The translations under genes were made by a program, and so were the position numbers. From an uncultured Hormoscilla sp. (GTDB lineage Bacteria; Cyanobacteriota; Cyanobacteriia; Cyanobacteriales; Desertifilaceae): DNA of 31,420 bases. Below are positions 10,889 through 24,582 of the stretch, one piece after another. Positions within the stretch are counted from its first letter, which is position 1. Every line of letters begins with the position of its first letter. The notes below the pieces were generated by a model. The model was not told the origin of the DNA, ran no database searches, and was given only the letters and a program-made list of their open reading frames with translations. Location of the stretch: the NCBI GenBank assembly GCA_963921275.4, contig CAWUFA030000002.1:1-31420 (forward strand). The letters are read 5' to 3'.

Positions 10889-10956
10889 AGACACTCTTAT
10901 TTAAGAGTTTTTAGGATCATGAGACCTATAACTTATTAATATTAGTTTATATCTAA
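10889..10956 (-). tRNA. trnM: tRNA-Met(CAU), 3' truncated by trnF
   Basis: D stem AACT/AGTT; anticodon arm TAGGT-CTCATGA-TCCTA; T arm CTCTT/AAGAG. Confidence 0.9.
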
Positions 10957-11018
10957 TTCAATAAATTTTTTATAATTAACAGTTATAATGTAATAAAATT
11001 TTTATATACTATATTGAT
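10957..11018 (-). tRNA. trnN: tRNA-Asn(GUU), apparently lacking T arm
   Basis: Acceptor TCAATA/TATTGA; anticodon arm TATAA-CTGTTAA-TTATA. Confidence 0.85.
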
Positions 11019-12103
11019 TAAAAAATACATAAAATAAATAATAAAAAAAAATAAAAAAAACCTCTTAATTGTGATAAATAATTAAAAATATCTTTTACAA
11101 CACATCTTCTTAATCAAGTTAATAAAAAAAAATTAAACACTCATAATCAAAAAAAAAACTGATAGAAAAAAGTAATTTTTAAATTTTTAGTTAAAAAAGG
11201 TATTAGAAAGAAAACTAAAATAGAAAATAGTAAAGCTAAAACTCTAAATAATTTATTAGGAATGCAACGTAAAATAGCATAAGCAAATAAAAAATATCAT
11301 TCAGGCTTAATATGATCTGGAGTAGTTAAAAAATTAGCCTTTATATAATTATCTGGATCTGAGAAAATGTCTGAAAAAAAAAAGACAATGAAAAAAAAAA
11401 AAAAAAATAAAAAGAAAAACCTTAAAATATCTTTAATTCTAAAAAAAGGTCAAAAATCAATTTTGATACTACTAAAAAATCTAAGAGGATTTCTTGATCT
11501 TCTTCTAGAATGAATATAAAATAAATGTAAAAAAGAGAATAATACAATAATTAGTGGGAAAATAAAATGAAAAGTATAAAATCGAGTAAGTGTTGGAGGT
11601 CTTACAGAATATCTCCCTCATAATCAAAATACTATATTTTTTCTAAAATAAGGAATAGAAGAAATTATATTAGTAATAACAGTAGCTCTTCAAAAACTTA
11701 TTTGTCTTCAAGGTAATACATATCTTAAGAAGGCAGTTAACATAGATAATATTAACAAAATTACTCTAATTATTCATGCTATTAAATTAGAATATCGCTT
11801 ATAATAAACACCACGTATTACATGAAGATAAATTAAACAAACAAAAAAACTAGCTCTATTTATGTGAATATAACGAATAATTCATCTTCCATTAATATTT
11901 GTAACGATGTGATTAATTGAATTAAAAGATAAATTAATATCAGAAATATAATGTATTGTTAAAAATAATCTTGATAAAATTTGAATTATAAGGAAAAAAC
12001 CCACACAAGAACCAAAGTTTCAAAAATAAGAAATATTAATAGGTGTAGGTAAGCGAGAAAGGGAGTTATAAATTGGTTTAATGATATAATTATTACGAAA
12101 CAA
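11018..12103 (-). CDS. cob: Cytochrome b (361 aa); absent from the ORF track
   Basis: TTG start; [53 protein letters not shown] at 11020-11018. Confidence 0.97.
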
Positions 12104-12165
12104 AGTGTATATTTTATTAATATTTTAAACTTTGAAGGTTTATAGTTTATTTAACTTAAAACACT
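12104..12165 (-). tRNA. trnW: tRNA-Trp(UCA)
   Basis: Acceptor AGTGTTT/ATACACT; anticodon arm TAAAC-CTTCAAA-GTTTA. Confidence 0.88.
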
Positions 12166-12783
12166 AATTTTATTATCTAGTATATCTTTTTAGATAAACT
12201 ACCTTGTTACGCCTTAATAATAAATTAATAATATTTGGCGGGCGGTGAGTACTCTTTTTTATTTCATAAAATTTTTTTTTTATTACTTATAAGTTCTCTT
12301 TTTTTTTTCCTTTTTAATTTTTTAACTTGAACCTCATTAAGTTGATTAACAAAGGTGCATGGTGACCTATCTTTTTTTTTTTAAAAAAAAGTTTTTTTAT
12401 TTTAAAAAAACTAGATGGACATACACAACCTATAATTAAACTAAAAATAACGGGGATCATCATATTAAACCACAAGGCTCCCTATTATTTTTACCGTCTA
12501 GTGTTTTAATTTTTATCTTCTCCTTTACTAATTTAATACACGGGTATCAAATCCGTTTTTTTTTTATTAAAAAAATTAAACATTTGTTTTTTTTCTATAT
12601 TAAACAATATTTTTAAAAAAACTTATTTCAATAGTGTAACCGCAGCTGCTGGCACTATTTTTGCCGAAATTAAAGCTGAGTAAAATATATTATAGCTCAA
12701 AAATATATATTAATAAATATTTTAGACTTCAAATTATATATATACAGCTATATCAATGTTTTTTTAAACCATCACAAAATTTA
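12166..12783 (-). rRNA. rrnS: Small subunit (12S-like) mitochondrial rRNA; ends inferred from flanking tRNAs
   Basis: Minus-strand GTGCCAGCAGCTGCGGTTACAC, GGATTTGATACCC, GTACTCACCGCCCGCCA, GTAACAAGGTAG. Confidence 0.93.
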
Positions 12784-12840
12784 CAAAAGTGTGTATTTTA
12801 TGATACTATTTCAAATTAGCAATTTGTTTTTTTCACTTTT
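12784..12840 (-). tRNA. trnS1: tRNA-Ser(GCU), lacking D arm
   Basis: Acceptor AAAAGTG/CACTTTT; anticodon arm CAAA-TTGCTAA-TTTG; T arm GTAT/ATAC. Confidence 0.87.
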
Positions 12841-12892
12841 TTGCTGTATTAATAGTATACTTATTATAAAGTTACGATATTATTGTGTAAAA

Positions 12893-13786
12893 TTATAAAA
12901 TGAAAAATAATATAAATATTGTAACTAAAGGTAATATAATTTTTCATGTTAAAAAAATCAAGTCAAAAAATTTATAACGAGGCAAAGTTGCTCGAATGTG
13001 AATAACTATTATAATCAAACAACAAACTATTATAAAAAAAAATAAAAAATAGCCGAAAAAAATAATAGAAGTTAAAAAAGATATAAATCAAATACTTATA
13101 TATTCAGATAAAAAAAGTAAAGTAAACCTAGTTCTTGAATATTCAACATTATATCTTCTCACTAATTCTGATTCTCTTTCTACTAAATCAAAAGGTGTTC
13201 GATTTAGTTCTGCAGAAAAGATTACTGTCCAAAAGAAAAAAAAAAAAAAAAAAAAAAAATTTTTGAAAAAATCAATATTAAAAAATAAAAAAACACCTCA
13301 TGAAAAAGAATTAAACTTTAAAACAAATATAAAAATAAAAAAACCTATTACAATTTCATATGAAATTATTTGAGCTACTGCTCGAATTCTTCTCACTATA
13401 GAATATGTATTACTAGAACCTCACCCAGCTCAAATTAAGGCATAAACTAAAACGCTTCTAAATAATAAAGTAATTACTACTGAACACTCTAAGAAACTGA
13501 AATTATAAAAAATAACAAAAAAAAATCAACTTAAAATTGATAAACAAAATCTATACAATGGAGATATTAGAAAAAAAAAAATTCGCATATTAGGTGTGTT
13601 CAAATATTTTTTTAAAATCAATTTTATTCTATCTGAAATAGTTTGAAGACACCTAAACCATCTCACTATGTTTGGTCTTTTTCGTTTTTGATCTAATCTT
13701 AAAAAATTACGCTCCAATAATACTAAAAAAGCTACTAATAATAAAATTATTAAAATAAAAAAAAAAGAAAATAAAACTTTAAACAA
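12893..13786 (-). CDS. nad1: NADH dehydrogenase subunit 1 (297 aa)
   Basis: TTG start; [54 protein letters not shown] at 12895-12893. Confidence 0.95.
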
Positions 13787-14059
13787 TTAATAAAAAAAAA
13801 TAAAATTATATAAAAATACATAAATACTAAATATAGATATTTATTTATGTTTAAATATTTATATATATATATATATAAATAAATATATATGTATTTATAT
13901 ATTATGTGTTTATTTATAATTTAAATTATATGAGCATATATACTTAATTTTATATAATTTTATTTTAAAAATTACATTCTATATTTATATAATATTATTT
14001 ATTTTTTATAAATATATTTTTATATTAATATAAATTTTAAAGTAATTAATAAGAAGTAA
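13787..14059. promoter_or_regulatory. Longest unique non-coding region, candidate control region / origin
   Basis: Almost pure A/T; (TA)n palindrome 13856-13881 and hairpin 13818-13850; function inferred only. Confidence 0.45.
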
Positions 14060-14123
14060 TGAAAGAACAATTAAATAAGATCTGAATTTTAGAAGAATTC
14101 CATTTTTTTTAAACTATTCCTTT
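14060..14123 (-). tRNA. trnG2: tRNA-Gly(UCU), reads AGR in the ascidian code
   Basis: Perfect anticodon arm GAATT-CTTCTAA-AATTC; acceptor AAAGGAA/TTCTTTC. Confidence 0.87.
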
Positions 14124-14190
14124 TTTAAAAGGAACATAATCTTCTTCATATTAAAAATATAATGCTTAAATTATTAAAAGCTTCTTTTAA
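14124..14190 (-). tRNA. trnK: tRNA-Lys(UUU)
   Basis: Acceptor TTAAAAG/CTTTTAA; D stem GCTT/AAGC; anticodon arm TTATA-TTTTTAA-TATGA. Confidence 0.85.
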
Positions 14191-14199
14191 AACAATAAA

Positions 14200-14263
14200 T
14201 ACATTAGGGTATTTAAACCATTAAAAATTTTACAAATTTCCACTTTTTTCAGACACTTAATGT
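14200..14263 (-). tRNA. trnY: tRNA-Tyr(GUA)
   Basis: Acceptor ACATTAA/CTAATGT; anticodon arm GAAAT-TTGTAAA-ATTTT; T arm GGT/ACC. Confidence 0.83.
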
Positions 14264-14507
14264 AAAAAAATTTTAAAAAAATATTTCTTTTATTTTTTAT
14301 ATATGTCATAATTAAACTAAAAATAAAAACACCCTCTGAAGCAGTTAATACTATAAAAAAAAAAATTATGTTTATTTCTTTAATATAAAAAAAGAAAATA
14401 AAAATAACAACTAATAAATATATAAACTCTAGAAAAATTACCAATTTTAAAAAATTTATTTTTCTAAAAAAAAAAAAAATTACATAAATAAAAAATAAAA
14501 AAAACAC
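14264..14507 (-). CDS. nad4L: NADH dehydrogenase subunit 4L (about 81 aa, incomplete stop)
   Basis: LVIFLEF and VLTASEGVF motifs; GTG just after trnT; in-frame T abutting trnY. Confidence 0.82.
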
Positions 14508-14509
14508 TA

Positions 14510-14570
14510 ATATAAAATCTAATAGAAACTTCATTTTACAAAAACGATATTTTTTTTAAACTATATTATA
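14510..14570 (-). tRNA. trnT: tRNA-Thr(UGU)
   Basis: Acceptor TATAATA/TTTTATA; anticodon arm TCGTT-TTTGTAA-AATGA. Confidence 0.82.
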
Positions 14571-14660
14571 TGATTAAAAATTTTATAATTAATTTATTTT
14601 AATTATAAATAATAATGATCCCTTTTATTTAATTTTAAAAATAAATATTATTAATATAAA

Positions 14661-15119
14661 TTAATATTGTTTTTCTAAAGATATATTAACAGATATAAAC
14701 AAAACTATAATTAAAAAGAAAACTCTTAAAAAAAGAAATAAAATTCTATAATTAGTTATTAATCTACTATAATCTAAGGACTTATTTAAATTAAAATAAA
14801 TTAAATTTATTTTAGATTTTAATATTATAATAAGATAAAAAAAAAAAATATAGTTTAATCGGGATTTTTTATTAAAAAAAAAAAAAGTGCTTATTAATAT
14901 TCTATAACTAAAAAAAAGAAGTAATCTTCTTAAATATAAAATTCTTATTAAACACACAAAAAAACTATGTCTTAAAAAAAATACAAAAAATAATAATCAT
15001 AAAAAAAGAAAAAAAATAAGAAAAAAAATTGTATAAAAATTTTCCTCACAAAAAATAATTTGAAATAAAAAAAAAAAAAGAATAAAAAAAAAAAAATCTA
15101 ATGAAAAAAAAAAAATCAT
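14661..15119 (-). CDS. nad6: NADH dehydrogenase subunit 6 (152 aa), intact across the copy1/copy2 junction
   Basis: ATG 15119; ILYLGGLLLFFSY motif; TAA at 14663-14661. Confidence 0.9.
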
Positions 15120-15120
15120 A

Positions 15121-15191
15121 TAAGAGGTATCATTATTATAATAATTTCTGTTAAACCGAAAATAACTATTTTAAATATAAAATAAACTCTT
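15121..15191 (-). tRNA. trnR: tRNA-Arg(UCG), copy 2
   Basis: Copy of 128-198. Confidence 0.8.
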
Positions 15192-15193
15192 AA

Positions 15194-15256
15194 TATCGAC
15201 TTAATTTCTTACTTTAGACAAAAATATGAATTATTATAAATATATTCTATATCGAT
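15194..15256 (-). tRNA. trnD: tRNA-Asp(GUC), copy 2
   Basis: Copy of 201-263. Confidence 0.85.
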
Positions 15257-15313
15257 AGAAAAATAATTTTTCTTAATTATCACAAAATTAAATTTTACAT
15301 AAACTACTAAAAA
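15257..15313 (-). tRNA. trnH: tRNA-His(GUG), copy 2
   Basis: Copy of 264-320. Confidence 0.8.
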
Positions 15314-15381
15314 TAAAGGTGATTATTATATCACATATTTAGTTTTATCAAAACAATTCGTTTATAATCCGACACTTTAAA
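15314..15381 (-). tRNA. trnI: tRNA-Ile(GAU), copy 2
   Basis: Copy of 321-388. Confidence 0.85.
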
Positions 15382-15440
15382 AATCACTTTTTGAAGATTT
15401 TTAATTTGGAAAATTAAAGTATTTTTTATACTACAATTAA
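15382..15440 (-). tRNA. trnG: tRNA-Gly(UCC), copy 2
   Basis: Copy of 389-447. Confidence 0.88.
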
Positions 15441-16506
15441 AAAATAAATAAAATAAAATCCTTTCGTACTATTATTTTATATTTATCAAAGAAAAAAAAC
15501 CAAACTAAATTACTCCGTTCTAAACCCAACTCACGTAAAATTTTAAATGAGGAACAATCATTATTATTTTAAATACTGCCCCAAAAAAATATTTTGAGCC
15601 GACATCGAGGTCGTAAATAAATAAATTAATATGTTCTCTTTTTATTTATTGCGCTGTTATCCCTAGGGTTAATTTATTTTCTTTTTAAAGGTTTAAAATT
15701 AGTATTTATATTAATAAAAAAAAAAATAATTGTTTATTTTTTAACTATCACTGCCCCAGTCAAGTTTTTTAAAAAATTTTTTTTAATAAACCTAAATTAC
15801 CAAGGGTCTTTTCTTTCTTTTAAAAAGTAATAGCTTATTTAACTATTAAAGTATTTTCATTTTTAAAAAATAAAAAAAAAAAAATATTTTTCATAAATAT
15901 ATTCTTTTAAAAATATACCATATGTAAAAAAAAAATTAATCTTTTCTTAAAATACTTTAAAATAAAAATCTATAAAGTAAGTGTTTAGTAAACTTTTAAA
16001 TTTTTTTTCTAGTCATTTATTTTTTTTTTATTCATAATGTGATATATTTAAAATATTAATATTAGTGCAAAAAATTACTCATATATACCATTTTTTTAAT
16101 ATTTATTAATAAGTAATAATATATAAAAAAAATAAAAAAAAGTTTTTATACTTCAAAAACACTTTAAATAAAAAGTTTATATTATATTTTGTAAATTTTC
16201 CATAAAATCTTATTAAATTAAAAGCTGACCCTTTAAAATATAATAAAAAATTTTTATTTAATATATTTCAATATTAAATATATATTTAAACTCTTGTTTA
16301 ACATATAATCACTTCTTTTTTTTTTATTTTTTTAATCCAAAATAGTACATAAAAAAGAAAATCGAGTATTTTCGATAAAAAAAATTTTTTTTTAATTTTT
16401 TTGTATATCCATTTCCAAAAAGGAAAATTTAATATAATGATTAAAAAATAAAAGATTCACATCTTTTTATTTATTAAAATAAGATTTTTTATTATAAAAA
16501 TTTTTT
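15441..16506 (-). rRNA. rrnL: Large subunit rRNA, copy 2
   Basis: Copy of 448-1514 with a 1-bp homopolymer difference. Confidence 0.93.
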
Positions 16507-16569
16507 AAATAATTTTAATTTTTTTGTTAGAAAAACAAACGTTTTATTAATATTATAAACTAAATTATT
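16507..16569 (-). tRNA. trnE: tRNA-Glu(UUC), copy 2
   Basis: Copy of 1515-1577. Confidence 0.8.
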
Positions 16570-16579
16570 TTTAAAAAAA

Positions 16580-17061
16580 TTAAAAATATTAAAAATATTA
16601 AAAATATTAAAAATATTAAAAATATTAAAAAAAATTAAAAATATTAAAAAAAATTAAAAATATTAAAAAAAATTAAAAATATTAAAAAAAATTAAAAATA
16701 TTAAAAAAAATTAAAAATATTAAAAAAAATTAAAAATATTAAAAAAAATTAAAAATATTAAAAAAAATTAAAAATATTAAAAAAAATTAAAAATATTAAA
16801 AAAAATTAAAAATATTAAAAAAAATTAAAAATATTAAAAAAAATTAAAAATATTAAAAAAAATTAAAAATATTAAAAAAAATTAAAAATATTAAAAAAAA
16901 TTAAAAATATTAAAAAAAATTAAAAATATTAAAAAAAATTAAAAATATTAAAAAAAATTAAAAATATTAAAAAAAATTAAAAATATTAAAAAAAATTAAA
17001 AATATTAAAAAAAATTAAAAATATTAAAAAAAATTAAAAATATTAAAAAAAATTAAAAATA
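16580..17061. repeat. Tandem array, copy 2: 5 x 9-mer then 23 x 19-mer
   Basis: Counted directly. Confidence 0.95.
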
Positions 17062-18691
17062 TTAAAAAAGATAGAAAAAAAATTTTTTTTAATCTTACGT
17101 AATATACTAAACTCTTTCTAGAAAATAAAAAAACACTTAATAATTTTTCTAATCAAAAAAATTCATACGTTAAATAAAAGTTACTCAAAAATAATATCCA
17201 AAAACTAATATTTCGATGAAAAATAGGATTGTAAAAAAATATATAAAACCTCATAAAAAAATTATAAAAAAAAAAAATAAAAAAAAAAAAAATTCCTAAA
17301 AGCAAGATAATTAATGGAATTATTTTTAGTATAACTAAAAACTCTTCTATTATAAAAAAAAAACTAAGTATAAATATTCTTAAAAAAATAGATCTAAAAG
17401 ATAATGAAATTAATCAAGAAATATTTAATCTTATTTTTTCTAAATACAAAATTTTAAAATTTTTTATTTTATTTTTTAATCTTAAATTTCTTAAATAAAT
17501 CAAACGAAAAGAATAAGATACCGTAAAAATAGATCTTATAAAAAAAATTATAATAATTGTTGAATTTAATAAATTGCCTCATAAATTTTCTAAAATTAAA
17601 TCTTTAGAGTAAAATCCAGAAAAAAATGGTATTCTCATTAAGGAAAAAGATGCAATCACAAAACAAATATTAGATATATTTCTCCCAATTATTCTTACTA
17701 AATTTTCTACATCTTGATTATTATTTGATCTATGAATATATAGTCTAGATGTTATAAACAAAAGACTTTTAAAAAAAGAATGTATTCTTAATAAAAAAAA
17801 ACAAACTTTAGATCTAAGAATTCTGCAAGTTAAAATTATAAAACCTAATTGACTTGTAGTACTAAAAGCAATGATTTTTTTCACATCAGATTGTCTAATG
17901 CTACAAATACCTCTAAATAATATAGTTATTCTTCTTAAAAATCTAATTAAATTTAAATTAAGAAATCTAAAACAATTTACTAATCGAATAAACAAAAAAA
18001 CTCTAGCTACTACTATAGTTGAAGAATGTAATAAAGAAGATACTGGAGTAGGTCTTTCTATAGCATTAGGTAATCAGGGATGAAAAAAAAACTGCGAAGA
18101 CTTAGCAATAATACAAATAATTAAAAAAAAACTAAAAAAATTATTATGTATAAAATCTAAATTTTTAGTAATTTCTAAACAATATCTTGAAAAAATAAAT
18201 ATTAAACATAAATAAAATCTAAAATCTCCTAATCGATTGTAAATAACAGCTTGAATAGCGGATTGAGTTGCTTCAGAACGTCCAGTTCATCAGCAGATTA
18301 ATAAAAAAGATATAATTCTTACTCTTTCTCACCTAATTAAAATGAAAAAAAAAGAATTAGATATAATTAATATGAATATAAAGTAAATAAATAAAAATAA
18401 ATAAATTAAAAAAATAAATTTCCTTGGTTCGTACATAAAATATCAAATGCTATATCATATAATAAAAATTCTTACTGTTAATAAAATTAATATAAAAAAG
18501 TTAGAAAAAAAATCTAATTTAAAAGATATTAATATTTTGTTTATTTTTCTAAAAAAAAAAACTCCATCTTTAAAAGAAAAAAAAGAAACAATAAAAAAAA
18601 AGAAAAATAATTTAAATAAATTAAAAGAAAAATTATTTTTAATTAAGAAGAAAAAACAAATAAAACAAAAAAAAAACAAAAAAAAAAACAT
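17024..18691 (-). CDS. nad5: NADH dehydrogenase subunit 5, copy 2
   Basis: Copy of 2041-3708 (+14983). Confidence 0.93.
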
Positions 18692-18756
18692 ATTTAAGAC
18701 TTTTATTTTGTGTTTTTAATTCCTAAAATTAATAGATTTTATTATCATACTTAAAT
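18692..18756 (-). tRNA. trnL1: tRNA-Leu(UAG), copy 2
   Basis: Copy of 3709-3773. Confidence 0.88.
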
Positions 18757-18820
18757 AGATTTCTTCAAACTTTTTACGTAACAAAAACGCACGTTTTATA
18801 AAAATATAAACTACTAAAAA
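18757..18820 (-). tRNA. trnQ: tRNA-Gln(UUG), copy 2
   Basis: Copy of 3774-3837. Confidence 0.8.
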
Positions 18821-18893
18821 AAAAAATTAATAAAAAAAAAAAAAAAAATATACATAAAAAAAAAAAAACAAATCTTAAATTTATATGAGGCAA
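18821..18893 (-). CDS. atp8: ATP synthase subunit 8, copy 2
   Basis: Copy of 3838-3910. Confidence 0.7.
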
Positions 18894-18910
18894 TATTATA
18901 AAATTATAGT

Positions 18911-19693
18911 TTAAACATAACTTCTTCATCAATATATTGATACATATAAAAAAATTCAAACTACATCAACAAAATGTCAATATCAAATTGAACACTCTAA
19001 TCTAACGTGTTGATTAGAGTTAAAATGTCTAAAAAGTATACGAAATAAAGAAACTAATAAAAAAATAGATCTAACTAAAACATGAAATCTGTGAAATCTA
19101 GTAGTTATAAAAAATACAGACCTATAAACTGAATCAGAAATATTAAAAAAACTATCAACATATTCTACATATTGTAATATAGTAAAAAAAATACCTAAAA
19201 TAATAGTAAAAAAAAGTCTGATTAATCTATTTATTAAATTTCTTTTAAAAATACTATAATGAGATAATGTAACTGTAATTCTTGAGCTTAATAATACCAC
19301 AGTATTTAATAAAGGTACTCTATACGGTTTTAACACTTCAATTCTAATAGGAGGTCATATTAAAAACAAATTCACACTAACTCTTAAACTAGAATGAAAA
19401 AAAGCTCAAAAAAATCTAAAAAAAAAAAGAACTTCTGAAGAAATAAACAAAATCATTCCGATTAATAAATTTTTTTGAACAAAATTAGTATGAAATCTTA
19501 ATAAAGAAGATTCTCGGATTACATCTCGCCATCATATAATTCTTACAATTATTATAAAAAAAAAAAAGAATATAAAAAGCCTTTTTTTCTGAAAAAGAAA
19601 AAAGAAATTAGATATTAAAAAAAATATTCTAGAAGAACTTAGTAAAGGTCAAGGAGAATTATCGACTAAATGAAAGGGGGTAATACGTCGCAC
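18911..19693 (-). CDS. cox3: Cytochrome c oxidase subunit III, copy 2
   Basis: Copy of 3928-4710. Confidence 0.96.
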
Positions 19694-19738
19694 AAAAGCC
19701 TTATCAATAACTTTTAGTTTCAAACTAAATATTTTTAT

Positions 19739-19753
<15 letters not shown>
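19694..19753 (-). tRNA. trnS2: tRNA-Ser(UGA), copy 2
   Basis: Copy of 4711-4770. Confidence 0.82.
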
Positions 19754-21286
<1,533 letters not shown>

Positions 21287-21289
21287 TTA

Positions 21290-21655
21290 TTAAAAAACTT
21301 TACTAAATATTTCGTATAATAATCTAAATATTAAAAATATTAAAAAAATAGAAAAACTAATTATAGATATTCTGTAAAAAAAAAATACATAAATATAAGG
21401 TATCAATAAAACAATTTCTATATCAAAAAGTATAAAAGATAGTGCTACAATGAAAAATAATAAAGAATAAAAATTTTTAGAACTGTTTATTTCAGTATAT
21501 CTACATTCATAAACAAGGTATGTTTTTTTTTTAGTAAAGGAAAGATTTCTTTTATAAATAAAAAATCTTATTTTAAAGAAAAAAAAAGAAAAAAAAACTG
21601 TAAAAAAAAAAAAAAATCTAATATTAAAACTAAAAAAAAAAAAAAAAAAAAACAT
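21290..21655 (-). CDS. nad3: NADH dehydrogenase subunit 3, copy 2
   Basis: Copy of 6307-6672. Confidence 0.92.
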   Translation of the reverse strand: MFFFFFFFSFNIRFFFFFTVFFSFFFFKIRFFIYKRNLSFTKKKTYLVYECRYTEINSSKNFYSLLFFIVALSFILFDIEIVLLIPYIYVFFFYRISIISFSIFLIFLIFRLLYEIFSKVF

Positions 21656-21657
21656 TA

Positions 21658-22335
21658 CTAAATCAAAGCTTTAATATAATTATTTCATTTAATAAACTCT
21701 ACATGAATAGGTATAAAACTATGATTAATTCTACAAATTTCACTACATTGACCATATAAAGACCTAGGTATTGTAGAAAACATGTTTAAAGTATTCAATC
21801 GCCTAGGAACAGCATCTACTTTTAAGCATATTATTGGAAGACTTCAAGAATGTAACACATCTGAAGAAGTAATAATTATTCGAATTTTTGATATATAGGG
21901 TAAGATTAAAGAATTATCCACTTCCATTAAACGATAATTCCTTTTATTTAAATTTTCCAATCTAATTATATAAGAATCAAATTGTAAATTAAAATCAAAA
22001 TCATTATTTTCATAAGACCAATATCATTGATGCCTAATTCTTTTATAAGTTAGATCTCTTTTAGATTCCCTTTCTAAATAATATATTATTAAAAAAGAAG
22101 GTAATCTTAATGACAATAAAAAAAATATAGGTATAATAGTTCAAGATATTTCTAAAAAATTAGATCTAATAATTTCTTTTATTGTATAATTTATACGATT
22201 AATGCTTATAAAAAGCATAAAACAAACAAAAAAAAAAATAGTAATAATTAAAATCAAACAAAAATCATGAAATAAAATTATGCAATTAGAAATTATATTA
22301 GATCTATCTATTAATCTTAAACGACCATAAAACAT
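21658..22335 (-). CDS. cox2: Cytochrome c oxidase subunit II, copy 2
   Basis: Copy of 6675-7352. Confidence 0.97.
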
Positions 22336-22402
22336 ACTAAAAGGGTCTTATTATCCATTTTTTTAATGTAAATAAAAAATATTATCTATATAATACTTTT
22401 AG
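22336..22402 (-). tRNA. trnV: tRNA-Val(UAC), copy 2
   Basis: Copy of 7353-7419. Confidence 0.87.
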
Positions 22403-22457
22403 TAGAGGTTAAACCTAAAAAATTTTTTGCAAAAACTTTTATAATCTAATCTACTAA
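22398..22457 (-). tRNA. trnC: tRNA-Cys(GCA), copy 2
   Basis: Copy of 7415-7474. Confidence 0.78.
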
Positions 22458-22516
22458 AGGAATTATAACTCATTGTAAAATCTTAGATTTTATGCATATA
22501 TTTCTGCCACCTTAGT
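22452..22516 (-). tRNA. trnL2: tRNA-Leu(UAA), copy 2
   Basis: Copy of 7469-7533. Confidence 0.88.
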
Positions 22517-22517
22517 T

Positions 22518-22576
22518 TTGCAATTTAATTTTTTAAGTAATAAACTTAATGGTTTAATTACATAACCTAAAATGCA
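22518..22576 (-). tRNA. trnM2: tRNA-Met(UAU), copy 2
   Basis: Copy of 7535-7593. Confidence 0.83.
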
Positions 22577-23909
22577 ATATAATCGTATCTAAAAAAAAAG
22601 TCATTAATAAAAAAAAAAACAAAAATAAATAAAAAATAAAAAAATCTATTTTAGTTTCTTTAAAAATCTTACACATTATTTTAGATTGAGAAAATAATCT
22701 CAGCATATTAAACAAATAGATTGCATTAAAAACAAATCCTATAAAAATTACAATTATAAAAAAAAAAAAATTTTTTGAAATTCTAATCATAATAAATATT
22801 TCTGAAAAAAAATTAATAGTAGGAGGTATCCTTATATTAAATAAACAAAAAATAAGTATATAAAAAAATAAAAACTTATTATTATTAATAAAACTTTTTA
22901 TACCAACCAAATTCCGAGTGTTATAGATTTTACTAAGTAAAAAAACTATAAAAAATATAGAAGGAGATACTAATCTATGTCTTAAATATATAAAATACCT
23001 ACCTTTAAAACTTATGTATAACCTAGAAATAGATCTAACAAAAGCTAAACTCATATGACTTACTGAACTAAAAGCAATAATTACCTTAGAATCTAATATA
23101 CGTAAACAAATAAAAGAAGTAAAAAAATATCTAAAAGATCCTAAAAAAAAAAATAAAAAAGATAATAAATAAGAAAAAGAATAATTAATAAAAAAAATAC
23201 TACGTATCACTCCATATCTTCTTAATTTTAATAAAACTCTTGCTAAAATTATAGATCTTCTAATAGGAGCATCTACATGGGCTTTGGGTAATCATATATG
23301 AAGCCTATAAATCGGAAGTTTTCTTAATAATCTTAATATTATCCTCAAAATAATATATAAATGAATTTTTTTCTGATAGTGTTTTAATAATGTATAATAT
23401 ATTAATCTTTCTCCATTTTTTATGAAATAAATTACAACTAAAAAAAGAGGTACACTTAAAATAATTGTAAAAAAAAAAAAATAATATAAAGAAAAAATTC
23501 GTTCTTTATAATCTCTAAAAAATTTTACTAAAAAAAAGATAGGTAGTAACGATAATTCAAAAATAATAAAAAAAAAAAAAAAATTAGAAGTAATAAAAAA
23601 AAAAATAAGAATAAAAAAAATTAAAACCATAGAGAAAGAAATAATAAAAAAATCTATATTGATTAATAATAATATAGATAGAAAACTTAAAATTACTACA
23701 AAAACAGATAATCAAACTAGTACTGATGAAATATTATCTACATATATAAATCTATAATGAAAAGATCTTATGATTTCTCTTGTTTTTAAAAACAATTTAA
23801 AAAAAAAAATCACAAAAAAAAACATATAAAAAATAATTCAAAATTTTTGTTTTTTTTTTTTTATCATAATACTTATTATTAAAAAACTAAACAATAAATG
23901 CAGTAACAT
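22577..23909 (-). CDS. nad4: NADH dehydrogenase subunit 4, copy 2
   Basis: Copy of 7594-8926. Confidence 0.93.
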
Positions 23910-23978
23910 AGTTAATACTTAATTATAAATGTATCTAAAACTACCAAAGTTTTTATTTTGATAATAAACTAATTAACT
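23910..23978 (-). tRNA. trnP: tRNA-Pro(UGG), copy 2
   Basis: Copy of 8927-8995. Confidence 0.88.
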
Positions 23979-24582
23979 AAGATCCTTCAATTGTGTATAA
24001 ATTAAGAAGCATTGAGAAAACATAAGATTGAATAGCTGCTACACACATTTCTAAAAAAATCAATATTAATAATAATGGTAAAAGAAAAAATCTAAATAAT
24101 CTTAAATTAAAAAATCTTAAAGATATAAGATGTATAAGCAAGTGTCTAGCTGTAATATTAGCTATTAATCGGATTCTTAAAGAAATTGGTCGAGTAAAGT
24201 TGCTAATAGTTTCAATAATAATTAATAAAAAAATTAAAAGAAAAGGAGTTCTTGTAGGTAAAAAATGAGAAATATTCTTATTTAAATTTTTAAAAAATAA
24301 AAAAAAAAAAATTGAAGATCAAAGCATTCAACTTAAGAAAAAAGTAGATTGAATGGAAGAAAATCTAAATCTATAGGGAATAAGGGAAAAAAAATTCAAG
24401 AATATAATAAAAAGAGGAATAAGTAATATAATTTGAAAATTAAAAAAATTTTTTGAATAAATATAAATTAATATTTTTTTTAAAAAAACTTTTTTATTAA
24501 GAAAAAATACTAAAAAAAAAAAAAAGATTAATAAAAATAAAAAAGAAAAAGGGAAGTAAGTAAATTCAAAATTAATAAACAA
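23977..24582 (-). CDS. atp6: ATP synthase subunit 6, copy 2
   Basis: Copy of 8994-9599. Confidence 0.93.

Noticed and set aside
14187..14534. 115-aa ORF as full nad4L
   Set aside because: Its 5' end lies in trnT and its 3' end runs through trnY; trimmed to 14264-14507
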